Shown one piece after another: positions 1 to 8,337 of a stretch of DNA of 64,000 nt. The stretch is from IMG/VR virus record IMGVR_UViG_3300021425_000005; one strand, written 5' to 3'. The notes under the pieces were generated by a model, which saw only the letters and a program-made list of their open reading frames with translations, was not told where the DNA came from and ran no database searches. The position numbers and the translations under genes are program-made. The DNA comes from a virus. Every line of letters begins with the position of its first letter. Position 1 is the first letter of the stretch.

Positions 1-227
1 ATCTTAGCATCCTCAACAGGAGTGGGTGCAGGATTGGAGGCAACAACCCTCAAACCAGCAGCTTCAACTGAATATTTATTGTGACCAACTTTGTGCTCAC
101 GGAAAAACCAATGCGGATACGAAACACCGATACGCTCGGCGAGACTTGCAATCTCAGGACGAGTAAAGATGGCTTGACTTTCACCAGCCAAGGCATCCAA
201 CAATTTTTGACGATTCAATTTAGACAT
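1..227 (-). CDS. Partial CDS (N-terminus, runs off window), probable CobS-like/MoxR AAA+ ATPase
   Basis: Hand-translated from ATG at 227: MSKLNRQKLLDALAGESQAIFTRPEIASLAERIGVSYPHWFFREHKVGHNKYSV..., open to the window edge, with a GAGG SD. Identity inferred from its position directly downstream of the CobT-like VWA gene; the ATPase motifs lie outside the window. Confidence 0.6.
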   Translation of the reverse strand, partial: MSKLNRQKLLDALAGESQAIFTRPEIASLAERIGVSYPHWFFREHKVGHNKYSVEAAGLRVVASNPAPTPVEDAK

Positions 228-257
228 AATAAAAACCTCTCTCTCAAGTTATACTCT

Positions 258-286
258 ATTCTCTCTTATCCTCAGACAAATGTCAA
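258..286 (-). promoter_or_regulatory. Sigma70-type (early/middle) promoter
   Basis: TTGACA-17bp-GAGAAT; shares TTGACATTTG with the promoter at 2498-2526. Confidence 0.5.
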
Positions 287-2472
287 GCAATTTTTTCAAT
301 AAATTTGGTAAGAAATTTGCGGGATGTCGTCTTAGATTTCTGGAATTTACGGAAGCCTTTGACGAGATCACCTTTCTTATCGCTGGCGACTTCCAGATCC
401 TCGACATTACCTAGATCTTTAGCACGAAGGACATAAGCATTGGCAAACCCATTCATACCATCCATCTGCATAAATCCATCTTTCAACCACTCATCTTTGT
501 ATTGTTTCTCAAATTCGTGTTCATTGTAACCATGCATATCCATCCAGCTATATTTCAGGTCACGCTTTTGCGGATTTGCCAAGAAGTAATTAATGGTGCG
601 CGAGCCAGTCGTCTTGTCAAAATGTTTCAGGACAGCCTCACAGACAACATCGCTCCAGCGTTTACTGTAAATTTTACCTTTCGCATTTGCGATAGTCGTG
701 ATTCCACCTTCAGTGATTACACAATGGTCACCGCAAAGACCGCCACGATAAGTTGGTAAATCACCAACAAGCAACTGACCAGTGTTGCCACCATCAGTCA
801 GGAACAAAGTGTTTAGAACTTCGATGTTATATTGATTACGGAAATCAATAGCACGGTCACGCAACAACAGGATAGTCTCAGCCAACGGAGTTCCGCCGAG
901 TTCCAGATGCATTGGAAGAGTCGTGCGCTTCACGTGAGGTTTGCCACTGTAACGATTAGAGTATGCTGATGCGAGAAGTAATAAATTAGCAAATGCTTTT
1001 TTGTATCCAGCAGAACTCATATCAGAACTGATCAGTTTATTGATACATAGACCAGCATCAGCAATTCGGATGTCAGACTCTTTCTGATTCTGCACGAGAT
1101 GTTTTTGATGGTCGCCCCAGTGACGATCTGTGAATGAGTAAACCTCAAATGGGATATTTACTTTTTTGCAGAACGATACTTGAACAAGCATCTGCTCGAT
1201 AGTCTCAGACATCTTATCATACATAGAACCAGAGAAGTCGATGACCATCAGCATACCGTGATTCTTACCATCGGGAACAACAGTGTTTGACAAGAAGACA
1301 TCTTCGGTCAGCTTCGTCGCCCATAGTTTATCAGCGTTCAATACACCAGTCTTGTTTTCGCGGGACTTGGCGAACTGAGCAGCTTTACGCTTGGCTTCGA
1401 ACTGCTGAACCATGAAGTTGATATACGCATTATTTTTAGCGCGGAAGTCTTTGGTGAATTGTTCAATCGCAACAGCACGATCAACCTTTTCTTCTTTATA
1501 TGACCAAGCATCTTCTTTTATATTGCGAATAATCTCAAGATGCTCTGAATTCTCAAACTCTTTCCAAGGATCCATCTTAACCCACTTCTTGTAATCAAGT
1601 TTAGGGAAGTTACCATAGAAGAAATTACCAGCACCATTATTGATCAACTGGTCTTCATTGTTACGGAAAGCATTGTCAGTAGCAGAGGCAGGGTCAAACT
1701 CAGACTCTTCAGTTGTCTCGTCAGAGGCAACAGTTTCTTCAGTAGTTTCATCAGACTCATCCTGACCTTCATCATTGTCGTCTGACTTATCACCTTTGTC
1801 ATCTTCTTTTTCTTCTTCACCAGAATCAGAGTTTTGCTCAGTGGTATCATTCTCTTCAAAGATCTCACCTTCGCCATCATCATCCATCATCAGATCGTCA
1901 GCCATATCAATCATGGCTTGTTCGTTTTTTGACAACTCATAGATCTCAGTGGCGACAGCGACAACATCTTCCCAAGTTTCACAGGCAGCGACTTTATCAA
2001 CATAGACCAGTTCAGCGTCTGTAAACTCGACAGCAGCAAACATGCCAACTTTGAAGTGGATATTGATGCGGTCAATCAAAGGATAATCATTGATGTTGCG
2101 ATCCTCCAGACCGAAGAAGTCGCGCTCATATAATTCTTTGTAACCTTTGAAGAAATTTTTGACAAGTCCAGGATAGCGGCGTTTGATGTCAGACTCAATC
2201 CGAGCATCCTCAACGACATTTAAGAAAGACTTGAATCCTTTGCCCTTGACACTAGCAGCATCGTGCCAGCCTTCAAGCGGCGTGTTCAATGCATGACTGA
2301 CCTCATGACCAATCAACAGGTCATAAAGGTCAGATGACATTTCATTAAAAATGGGGAGAACGACTTTTCGCTCTTTCAAATCAAAGTAAGCAGTCTTGAC
2401 TTTTTGATGCTCGACGCTGACATTCTCAGTAGCGAGCAACTTAGCTAATGTGCTTTTTTGGGTGATTTCCAT
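283..2472 (-). CDS. CobT-like protein: N-terminal HExxH metallopeptidase-like domain, acidic linker, C-terminal VWA domain
   Basis: GHEVSHAL and NVVEDARIE motifs; long D/E-rich linker; MIDAS motif DFSGSM...GGTPL...FLTDG. Confidence 0.85.
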   Translation of the reverse strand: MEITQKSTLAKLLATENVSVEHQKVKTAYFDLKERKVVLPIFNEMSSDLYDLLIGHEVSHALNTPLEGWHDAASVKGKGFKSFLNVVEDARIESDIKRRYPGLVKNFFKGYKELYERDFFGLEDRNINDYPLIDRINIHFKVGMFAAVEFTDAELVYVDKVAACETWEDVVAVATEIYELSKNEQAMIDMADDLMMDDDGEGEIFEENDTTEQNSDSGEEEKEDDKGDKSDDNDEGQDESDETTEETVASDETTEESEFDPASATDNAFRNNEDQLINNGAGNFFYGNFPKLDYKKWVKMDPWKEFENSEHLEIIRNIKEDAWSYKEEKVDRAVAIEQFTKDFRAKNNAYINFMVQQFEAKRKAAQFAKSRENKTGVLNADKLWATKLTEDVFLSNTVVPDGKNHGMLMVIDFSGSMYDKMSETIEQMLVQVSFCKKVNIPFEVYSFTDRHWGDHQKHLVQNQKESDIRIADAGLCINKLISSDMSSAGYKKAFANLLLLASAYSNRYSGKPHVKRTTLPMHLELGGTPLAETILLLRDRAIDFRNQYNIEVLNTLFLTDGGNTGQLLVGDLPTYRGGLCGDHCVITEGGITTIANAKGKIYSKRWSDVVCEAVLKHFDKTTGSRTINYFLANPQKRDLKYSWMDMHGYNEHEFEKQYKDEWLKDGFMQMDGMNGFANAYVLRAKDLGNVEDLEVASDKKGDLVKGFRKFQKSKTTSRKFLTKFIEKIA

Positions 2473-2497
2473 AACATACTCCTCAACTCTTAGTCTT

Positions 2498-2526
2498 AGA
2501 ATATCGCATTTTTACCCAAATGTCAA
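2498..2526 (-). promoter_or_regulatory. Sigma70-type promoter
   Basis: TTGACA-17bp-TATTCT upstream of the GAGGAG SD of the CobT-like gene. Confidence 0.7.
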
Positions 2527-2535
2527 CACCTAATA

Positions 2536-2907
2536 TTACATTTTATCAAAATATCTTGTAATTGCTTTGATTTTTTCAATCTGTCTATCAATAATAGCTG
2601 TTCTATTTGGCCATTTAATGATGTCTTTTTCAGGATTCTTTTTCAGATTGAGTAGGAGAGGCAGGATAAGATCCTCAACATCTCGGAGTTTAGTCGCCAC
2701 ATCTTGCTCCACCAATGCTCTATGGTCGTTAATCATATCGGAGTTATCAGCTGTGATGATACGAGCCTCAAGCTGTTCAAGTTTGTCCATAATAGTTTCA
2801 ATCTGATCAGAAGGAATCTCAGCCTGAACAAGTTGCGTTGATACAGGACTTACCTCAAGTTCGTCCTCGTCTACCATAGTGAAACCAAAATCGAAATCGT
2901 CAGACAT
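2536..2907 (-). CDS. Hypothetical protein (T4-like)
   Basis: Likely start MSDDFDFGFT at 2907, overlapping the def stop; C-terminal PLLLNLKKNPEKDIIKWPNR. Confidence 0.7.
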   Translation of the reverse strand: MSDDFDFGFTMVDEDELEVSPVSTQLVQAEIPSDQIETIMDKLEQLEARIITADNSDMINDHRALVEQDVATKLRDVEDLILPLLLNLKKNPEKDIIKWPNRTAIIDRQIEKIKAITRYFDKM

Positions 2908-3436
2908 TATTTGCCTCCAGTTGTTTGCGCACATCAGACCGAACTTTCTTAGTGACCTTCTTTTTCATCGCTTTGATGGCTCGGTCTAGTTTCAGCTTTG
3001 ACACACGCTGTGTAAAGTTTTGCCCAATCATATGGTCATACTCATGCAGAACAACTCTTGCGGCAAGATCTTTGAACTGCTCAACAACTTCATTACCTTC
3101 TGTATCTTGGTATTTTAATGTCACCTCAGTTGGTCTTTTGACCATAAGGAATACTCCAGGAAGTGACAAACAACCTTCTTTCATAGATACAGATTCATCG
3201 CCAATAGCAATAATAATAGGGTTGATAATATATCTCGTGAGTGCCTCACCATCACCGAACACAAAAACCTTCATGTCTAATCCAACTTGGTTTGCTGATA
3301 ATCCAATACCACCAAGTTCTTTCATGCGCTCAAAAAGTTTATCACAAACTTCTTTTGCGTTTTCGTTTTCAAATTCAAACTCTTTTGGCTCACGCTTCAA
3401 AAGTTCATCACTAAAATCCAAGAGTTCTAATTCCAT
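2900..3436 (-). CDS. def: Peptide deformylase
   Basis: All three PDF motifs present: GIGLSANQVG, EGCLS, HEYDH. Confidence 0.95.
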   Translation of the reverse strand: MELELLDFSDELLKREPKEFEFENENAKEVCDKLFERMKELGGIGLSANQVGLDMKVFVFGDGEALTRYIINPIIIAIGDESVSMKEGCLSLPGVFLMVKRPTEVTLKYQDTEGNEVVEQFKDLAARVVLHEYDHMIGQNFTQRVSKLKLDRAIKAMKKKVTKKVRSDVRKQLEANNV

Positions 3437-5106
3437 TATACCATCACCGAGTAGTTTTGCTTTTTCTCAAACTTAATCACAGATCTAAACTTGTCGAACA
3501 GCTGGTCGCCTTTATGAGAAATAACAAAAACATTTGTGTCCTCACCGATTGTGTTCAACAAAGTCATTACATAATCTGTGCCGTTATTATCTAGGGAACT
3601 ATCAAACACCTCATCGAGAATAAGAAGATTGGTGCTTGCACTATTCTTCATCTTGGCGATAGTTCTCCATGTAAACAACAGAGCCAAATCAATACGCTGT
3701 TTCTCACCTTCACTGAAACTTGCATAAGAAAACTTATCACGCCCACGAGATTTAATTGTCTCATTGAACTTCTCATCAAGGTTAAAGTTGACAAAGAAGT
3801 CCATAGCTGCTAAGTATTTATTCGCCAAAGAATTAATAGCTGGGAGATACTGCTTAATGATTCGGGTTTTGATGCCTGAATCTTTTAGCAATGCAGCTGC
3901 TGCATTCATATAATGCATCTCTTGATTCTTCTCAGAACGCAAACTATTTTTAGTCGTTACTTCTTTGGCGAGTTCTTTGAGTTTAGATTGTTCGGACTCA
4001 ATATCAGCCACACGCCCCCGAGCATCGCCCAACTCTGCATGTAAGCGTTGAAGATATCTTTGATTCGAGGTAATCTCATTATTTGTCTCTATAATTTCTG
4101 ATTGTATTTTTTTGTAATCTTCAATCAAGCTATCCAACTCTGAGAACTCAGAGTCCATCTGTTGATTTGCTTGTTCGATTTCTTTGATTTTATCCAAGCG
4201 TTCCTGTTGTATCTCTTCTTTAAATTCGTGTGGGATACCTTGTTTACAGGTTGGACAATCATCGTGCTCTTCATAAAATGAAAGTTCCTTGTTCAGCTTA
4301 TTTATCTGTGACTGAAATTTGTCTTGATATTTTTCAAGTTTTCTTCTTTTATCTTCGGGGTTGCCAAGTGTCTCCGCCTGTTCTGATTTTTTCTTAGCTT
4401 GTTCTTGTAAGTCTTCGATCGCTTTGTCCAACTCATTAATCTTCCCCTCAATTTCTGTGATTTTCTCAGCCTTGTTATTTTCTAATGTTTCAATATATCC
4501 TTTTTGAATCTCAGCTTTTTGTTTAGCAACCTCAACCTGTGCTTCGATTTCTCTAACTTCTCCTTGGATTCCAGTCAATTGTTCCTTTAACAATCCATTC
4601 ATGGTTGTGAAGATCTGGATATCCAAAATGTCTTCAATAACCTCGCGGCGAATATGAGCAGGAAGCTGCATAAATGGTGTGAATGATGCACTACCAAGAA
4701 TAACAATCTGTGTGAATGACTTATAATTTAGATTTAAGATAGACTCTTCAAGATACTTCTGTGTATCCCTCAGAGCAGCATCCTGATCAATCATTTCATC
4801 ATTGCGATAGATCTCAAAGAAGTTTGGCTTCACACCACGACGAACTTTGTATTGATGTTTGCCAGATCGAAACTCAACCTCTACTTCTAGATTTTTACCA
4901 TTGATAGAATTTACAAGTTGTGGTTTATTAATATTACGAAATGGTTTATTAAATAGCCCGAAACACAATGCATCTAAAAATGTAGACTTACCTGCACCAT
5001 TATCCCCAATAATAAGTGTGCTTGGTGAACGAGTAAAGTCAACTTCTGAGAAAGAATTACCAGTAGAAAGAAAGTTTTTCCACCTAAGTTTTTCAAAATA
5101 AATCAT
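3436..5106 (-). CDS. gp46: gp46 recombination endonuclease subunit (Rad50/SbcC-like ATPase)
   Basis: Walker A GDNGAGKS, CPTC zinc hook, FSEGEKQRID signature, LILDEVFD. Confidence 0.97.
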   Translation of the reverse strand: MIYFEKLRWKNFLSTGNSFSEVDFTRSPSTLIIGDNGAGKSTFLDALCFGLFNKPFRNINKPQLVNSINGKNLEVEVEFRSGKHQYKVRRGVKPNFFEIYRNDEMIDQDAALRDTQKYLEESILNLNYKSFTQIVILGSASFTPFMQLPAHIRREVIEDILDIQIFTTMNGLLKEQLTGIQGEVREIEAQVEVAKQKAEIQKGYIETLENNKAEKITEIEGKINELDKAIEDLQEQAKKKSEQAETLGNPEDKRRKLEKYQDKFQSQINKLNKELSFYEEHDDCPTCKQGIPHEFKEEIQQERLDKIKEIEQANQQMDSEFSELDSLIEDYKKIQSEIIETNNEITSNQRYLQRLHAELGDARGRVADIESEQSKLKELAKEVTTKNSLRSEKNQEMHYMNAAAALLKDSGIKTRIIKQYLPAINSLANKYLAAMDFFVNFNLDEKFNETIKSRGRDKFSYASFSEGEKQRIDLALLFTWRTIAKMKNSASTNLLILDEVFDSSLDNNGTDYVMTLLNTIGEDTNVFVISHKGDQLFDKFRSVIKFEKKQNYSVMV

Positions 5107-6167
5107 GCTAAGTTTCTTGCTTCTACATAAAGAGTTTTCATCACAGTCTTCAGCTTCTCTCTATCTAGGTCAGTCTGAATGTTATCAATATAATCATCTA
5201 GTAAAGTTATTGTGTCTTCTAAATTGAGATTATCAGCATCAATTGCGTCATCTTCAAACTCAGAAAAGTCTTCAATAATTTTAAGTTCAATTAAATTGCA
5301 GCTTTCAAGTTTGTCAATAAAATTATCGAACCTTGAGAAATCAGATTTATTTACAACAACAACCTTTACAGATCCGCCCTTAACACGATCAAAATCAATA
5401 GCATCGAGACTTGCTCGAGAAGCATCATCTGAGTCGTTGTAATAAAATTTGTGAAAGATGTTAAAGGGGTTTTGAACAAACTCAAGTTCATCTGTTTCTG
5501 TATCATAGATGTGAAAGCCTCTAGGGTCATCATAATCGCTCCAAGTAATTTCATAAGGATTACCAAGATAAGTAATGTTGCCATTGCTACTACGGTGGTG
5601 AAAATGACCAGAGCAAACAAGGGAAAACTTATCAAATATAGATGGATCCATTCCATGGTCATTCGCATGCCCTTTATACATCTGGAACCCAGCGAGTTCA
5701 TAGTGTCCAAAACATACTGTAGCGTCTGTTTCATTGATTGCCTCCATAGTCTGTTTGTAGTTGTCAGAGCAGATCCATGGTGTAAATAGAATGTTCTTTT
5801 TACCAAAAGACAACTCAGTTACTTCAGGATATATCTGAATATTATCATAATCTTTGAGCAACAATTCTGGAGAGTTTACCTCATTGGTGTTCTTAAAATA
5901 AGTATCATGATTTCCTGGAATCATATGCATATCAATCTGCATCTGTTCAGTTTTATCAAAGAAATACTCACGACATTTTTTATATGTGTTGAAGTTGATA
6001 AACTTACGTCGATCGAAAATATCACCCAAGTGAATGATAGTTTTGATTTGCCGTTTTTCAAGTTCTGGAAAAAATGTTTGAGAATAAAACTTTTCAAAAA
6101 AGTTATCAAATGGGATTGAGTCTGACCTCGCACCGAAGTGCGTATCAGTTATCAGTGCTATTTTCAT
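5103..6167 (-). CDS. gp47: gp47 recombination nuclease (Mre11/SbcD-like)
   Basis: MKIALITDTHFG, LGDIFD, GNHD and GHFH phosphoesterase motifs; start moved to ATG 6167. Confidence 0.96.
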   Translation of the reverse strand: MKIALITDTHFGARSDSIPFDNFFEKFYSQTFFPELEKRQIKTIIHLGDIFDRRKFINFNTYKKCREYFFDKTEQMQIDMHMIPGNHDTYFKNTNEVNSPELLLKDYDNIQIYPEVTELSFGKKNILFTPWICSDNYKQTMEAINETDATVCFGHYELAGFQMYKGHANDHGMDPSIFDKFSLVCSGHFHHRSSNGNITYLGNPYEITWSDYDDPRGFHIYDTETDELEFVQNPFNIFHKFYYNDSDDASRASLDAIDFDRVKGGSVKVVVVNKSDFSRFDNFIDKLESCNLIELKIIEDFSEFEDDAIDADNLNLEDTITLLDDYIDNIQTDLDREKLKTVMKTLYVEARNLA

Positions 6168-6507
6168 TACGAATATCCGTTGCGGAGATTGATTCAATCT
6201 CCTCTCCTAAATGCTCTTGTTCAATTATATATCCAACATCCCGACCATAAGTTATATGTGTGATGTTTGCTGAGCGCGATAATTCAAAATCTACACCATA
6301 AATATACCCTTCTGCCTCCAAAGAGTCAACAATATTTTTTGAGACAGTTTTCCAGTCGTATGGATTGTTTTCGTCTTTTGGCATGCGCCTCACTGTGATG
6401 AGGACTTGACCAGTTTTTTGAAGGGCTTTTTTAAATAGTTCTGTATGCCCTCGATGCCATGGCTGGTATCTTCCAAGGAGGAGCGTAGTTGGTTTAGTCC
6501 AATCCAT
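6145..6507 (-). CDS. Cytidylyltransferase-like (HxGH nucleotidyltransferase) protein
   Basis: GRYQPWHRGH and ISATDIR motifs. Confidence 0.85.
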   Translation of the reverse strand: MDWTKPTTLLLGRYQPWHRGHTELFKKALQKTGQVLITVRRMPKDENNPYDWKTVSKNIVDSLEAEGYIYGVDFELSRSANITHITYGRDVGYIIEQEHLGEEIESISATDIRNENSTDN

Positions 6508-6842
6508 TTTGTAATCCTAACATCATATTCGTTACGCTTTGGTCTTTCAAAAAGTTTATTTGTATCTTCGAATCTACCTTCTTTGATGGTGTCCATCCAT
6601 ATCACAAAGTGTGGGTCACAGATACTTCTTATTTGTTTAGTTGGAGCGATAAAATCTAAAATACCCCACTGATCGCGCATATACAATGCTTGCTCTATTC
6701 TTCCACCGCGACTAAAATCCCAATTGTCAGTATATTCTCGAACAACATCTGCATTATGGTATGGAACACGAAAATGAAATGCTAGTTCGCTGGCAAGAGT
6801 AGTCTTACCAGATCCTGGAAGTCCCATTATCAAAATTTTCAT
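6390..6842 (-). CDS. Adenylylsulfate kinase (CysC)-like P-loop kinase
   Basis: MGLPGSGKTT P-loop, NADVVR, DFSRGGRIEQ; substrate not certain. Confidence 0.75.
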   Translation of the reverse strand: MKILIMGLPGSGKTTLASELAFHFRVPYHNADVVREYTDNWDFSRGGRIEQALYMRDQWGILDFIAPTKQIRSICDPHFVIWMDTIKEGRFEDTNKLFERPKRNEYDVRITKWIGLNQLRSSLEDTSHGIEGIQNYLKKPFKKLVKSSSQ

Positions 6843-7378
6843 TAAGCAACCATAAATTCAGGGACATCACGTTTTGTATAACGAGCCATATCCATTTTGT
6901 AAGTGCGATAGTAATTACGATAAGCGTCAATAGAACTTTCCATCTTGACATCGTCGGGCATCGCTTGAGGCATTTTTGTCATTGGACCATCTTTAATATT
7001 ATGTGGTGGCATTGACAAAATATCTTCTAGTTTTTCCTGAGTCAAATGTTTTTTACCGTAACGATGAGTGTATTCCTTACAAAGTTCTAACCATAATGAA
7101 TACAACCAGAGATAATTGGTAAATGTTTCGCGTGTCCATACAGCTGACGGATGATTGATATGTGATGCTTTGTAAAGAACACCATCCATATTATCATTCG
7201 GATGACGCCAGCGTTTGATGCGACGCCCAGAGGAGTCATCGATATATTGATCACCATCGAGCATACGATGAGCAGTTGACATAAGTTGGGCATACTCGAT
7301 AATCATTTTGACCACATGTTTGTCAAGATGCATTTGGGCAGCTGTTTCAAAGTTTTCGTCAAGGTAAAAAATATTCAT
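6842..7378 (-). CDS. Pyrimidine-dimer DNA glycosylase (DenV/Pyr_excise-like)
   Basis: MNIFYLD...HLDKHVVKMIIEYAQLMSTAH, HINHPSAVW, EYTHRYGKKH, PQAMPD. Confidence 0.75.
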   Translation of the reverse strand: MNIFYLDENFETAAQMHLDKHVVKMIIEYAQLMSTAHRMLDGDQYIDDSSGRRIKRWRHPNDNMDGVLYKASHINHPSAVWTRETFTNYLWLYSLWLELCKEYTHRYGKKHLTQEKLEDILSMPPHNIKDGPMTKMPQAMPDDVKMESSIDAYRNYYRTYKMDMARYTKRDVPEFMVA

Positions 7379-7548
7379 CTCATTCTCCTAAAGACTTCAA
7401 TATAATGAATATACAATACTTCTCGAGCAATGTCAAGATCTTTTTTTACATCAGGATACGCAATAATCCCATTGTTATAATCTTTTTCATATTTTGTCAC
7501 TATCTCAATAGCGACCTTCAAGGGCATCTTTGATTTTTTGTCTGGCAT
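7375..7548 (-). CDS. Hypothetical protein
   Basis: Small ORF in the operon; likely start MPDKKSK at 7548 (ORF track extends to 7617). Confidence 0.45.
   Translation of the reverse strand: MPDKKSKMPLKVAIEIVTKYEKDYNNGIIAYPDVKKDLDIAREVLYIHYIEVFRRMR
7408..7436 (-). promoter_or_regulatory. Sigma70-type promoter for the DNA glycosylase gene
   Basis: TTGACA-17bp-TATATT, about 30 bp upstream of the ATG at 7378. Confidence 0.55.
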
Positions 7549-7777
7549 CTCTTTTACCCATGTCATAAACTTCTTGGATAAAATTATATAGGTCTGTTCC
7601 ATTGAAGTCAAGAACATTAATTATCTCTGGGTTTCCTCGCATATCTTTAATATGTATTTCAATTTTTTCTGGAGAACCTGGATCCCACTCAGCAAGGTTT
7701 AGTTGCATGGGAGGAGTTCCAGGAATATATCTGATATCAGTAATATGTCGTAAAAGTTTAGAATATGGATATGTCAT
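7505..7777 (-). CDS. Hypothetical protein
   Basis: 90-aa ORF whose start overlaps the upstream stop. Confidence 0.6.
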   Translation of the reverse strand: MTYPYSKLLRHITDIRYIPGTPPMQLNLAEWDPGSPEKIEIHIKDMRGNPEIINVLDFNGTDLYNFIQEVYDMGKRDARQKIKDALEGRY

Positions 7778-8337
7778 TATTGTGTTCCTCTGAGAATTTT
7801 AACAAGCGTGTTAGTTTGACTTATAGCATCGTCCAAGGCATTATGCCATTTACCGCCTTGATCGTTCTCAACCTGACGAATATGAGCGTTATTAACACCA
7901 AACAAATGTGTTACTGTCTTGTAACAATAACAATGCCAATACTTCCAAGGAACTGGAAGATTCAATTCATGGCAAGCTGACTCAATAATCCCGAGGTCAA
8001 ATTGTGCACTATTTCCCCACGTAGGTGTTGAAACACCATACCACCTTATAAAATCAGTAATGACTTTATCGAACTGCTCAACATCAACCATAAGAGACTT
8101 CAATGCCGCTGGGTCTTTTTTAGACCACCAATCAAGAGTTCCTTTATCAATATGCCGATTAAATTTCTTTGCTGTTGATGCATCTATATTTTGATAATAA
8201 GTATCGATAACACCGCTCTCAATATTAAATTTTACAGCACCAATTGACAAGATCGCAGCATTACTGCGATTACTGAGGGTCTCAATGTCAATCATCACTT
8301 GATATTTTTTAGGGTCTTCATAATCAAACTTATACAT
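7777..8337 (-). CDS. DEDDh 3'-5' exonuclease (RNase AS/DUF5051-like)
   Basis: VMIDIETL, WGNSAQFDLGI and HNALDDA motifs; start ATG 8337 coupled (TAATG) to the upstream stop. Confidence 0.85.
   Translation of the reverse strand: MYKFDYEDPKKYQVMIDIETLSNRSNAAILSIGAVKFNIESGVIDTYYQNIDASTAKKFNRHIDKGTLDWWSKKDPAALKSLMVDVEQFDKVITDFIRWYGVSTPTWGNSAQFDLGIIESACHELNLPVPWKYWHCYCYKTVTHLFGVNNAHIRQVENDQGGKWHNALDDAISQTNTLVKILRGTQ

Noticed and set aside
1-2472. cobS/cobT as cobalamin biosynthesis feeding the B12 radical SAM enzymes
   Set aside because: No cobN or other cob genes are present; the HExxH+VWA architecture fits a MoxR/VWA chaperone-type pair better.
6390-6842. True cysC sulfur-assimilation auxiliary gene
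   Set aside because: Only the P-loop and part of the fold match and the protein is short, so the substrate cannot be assigned.
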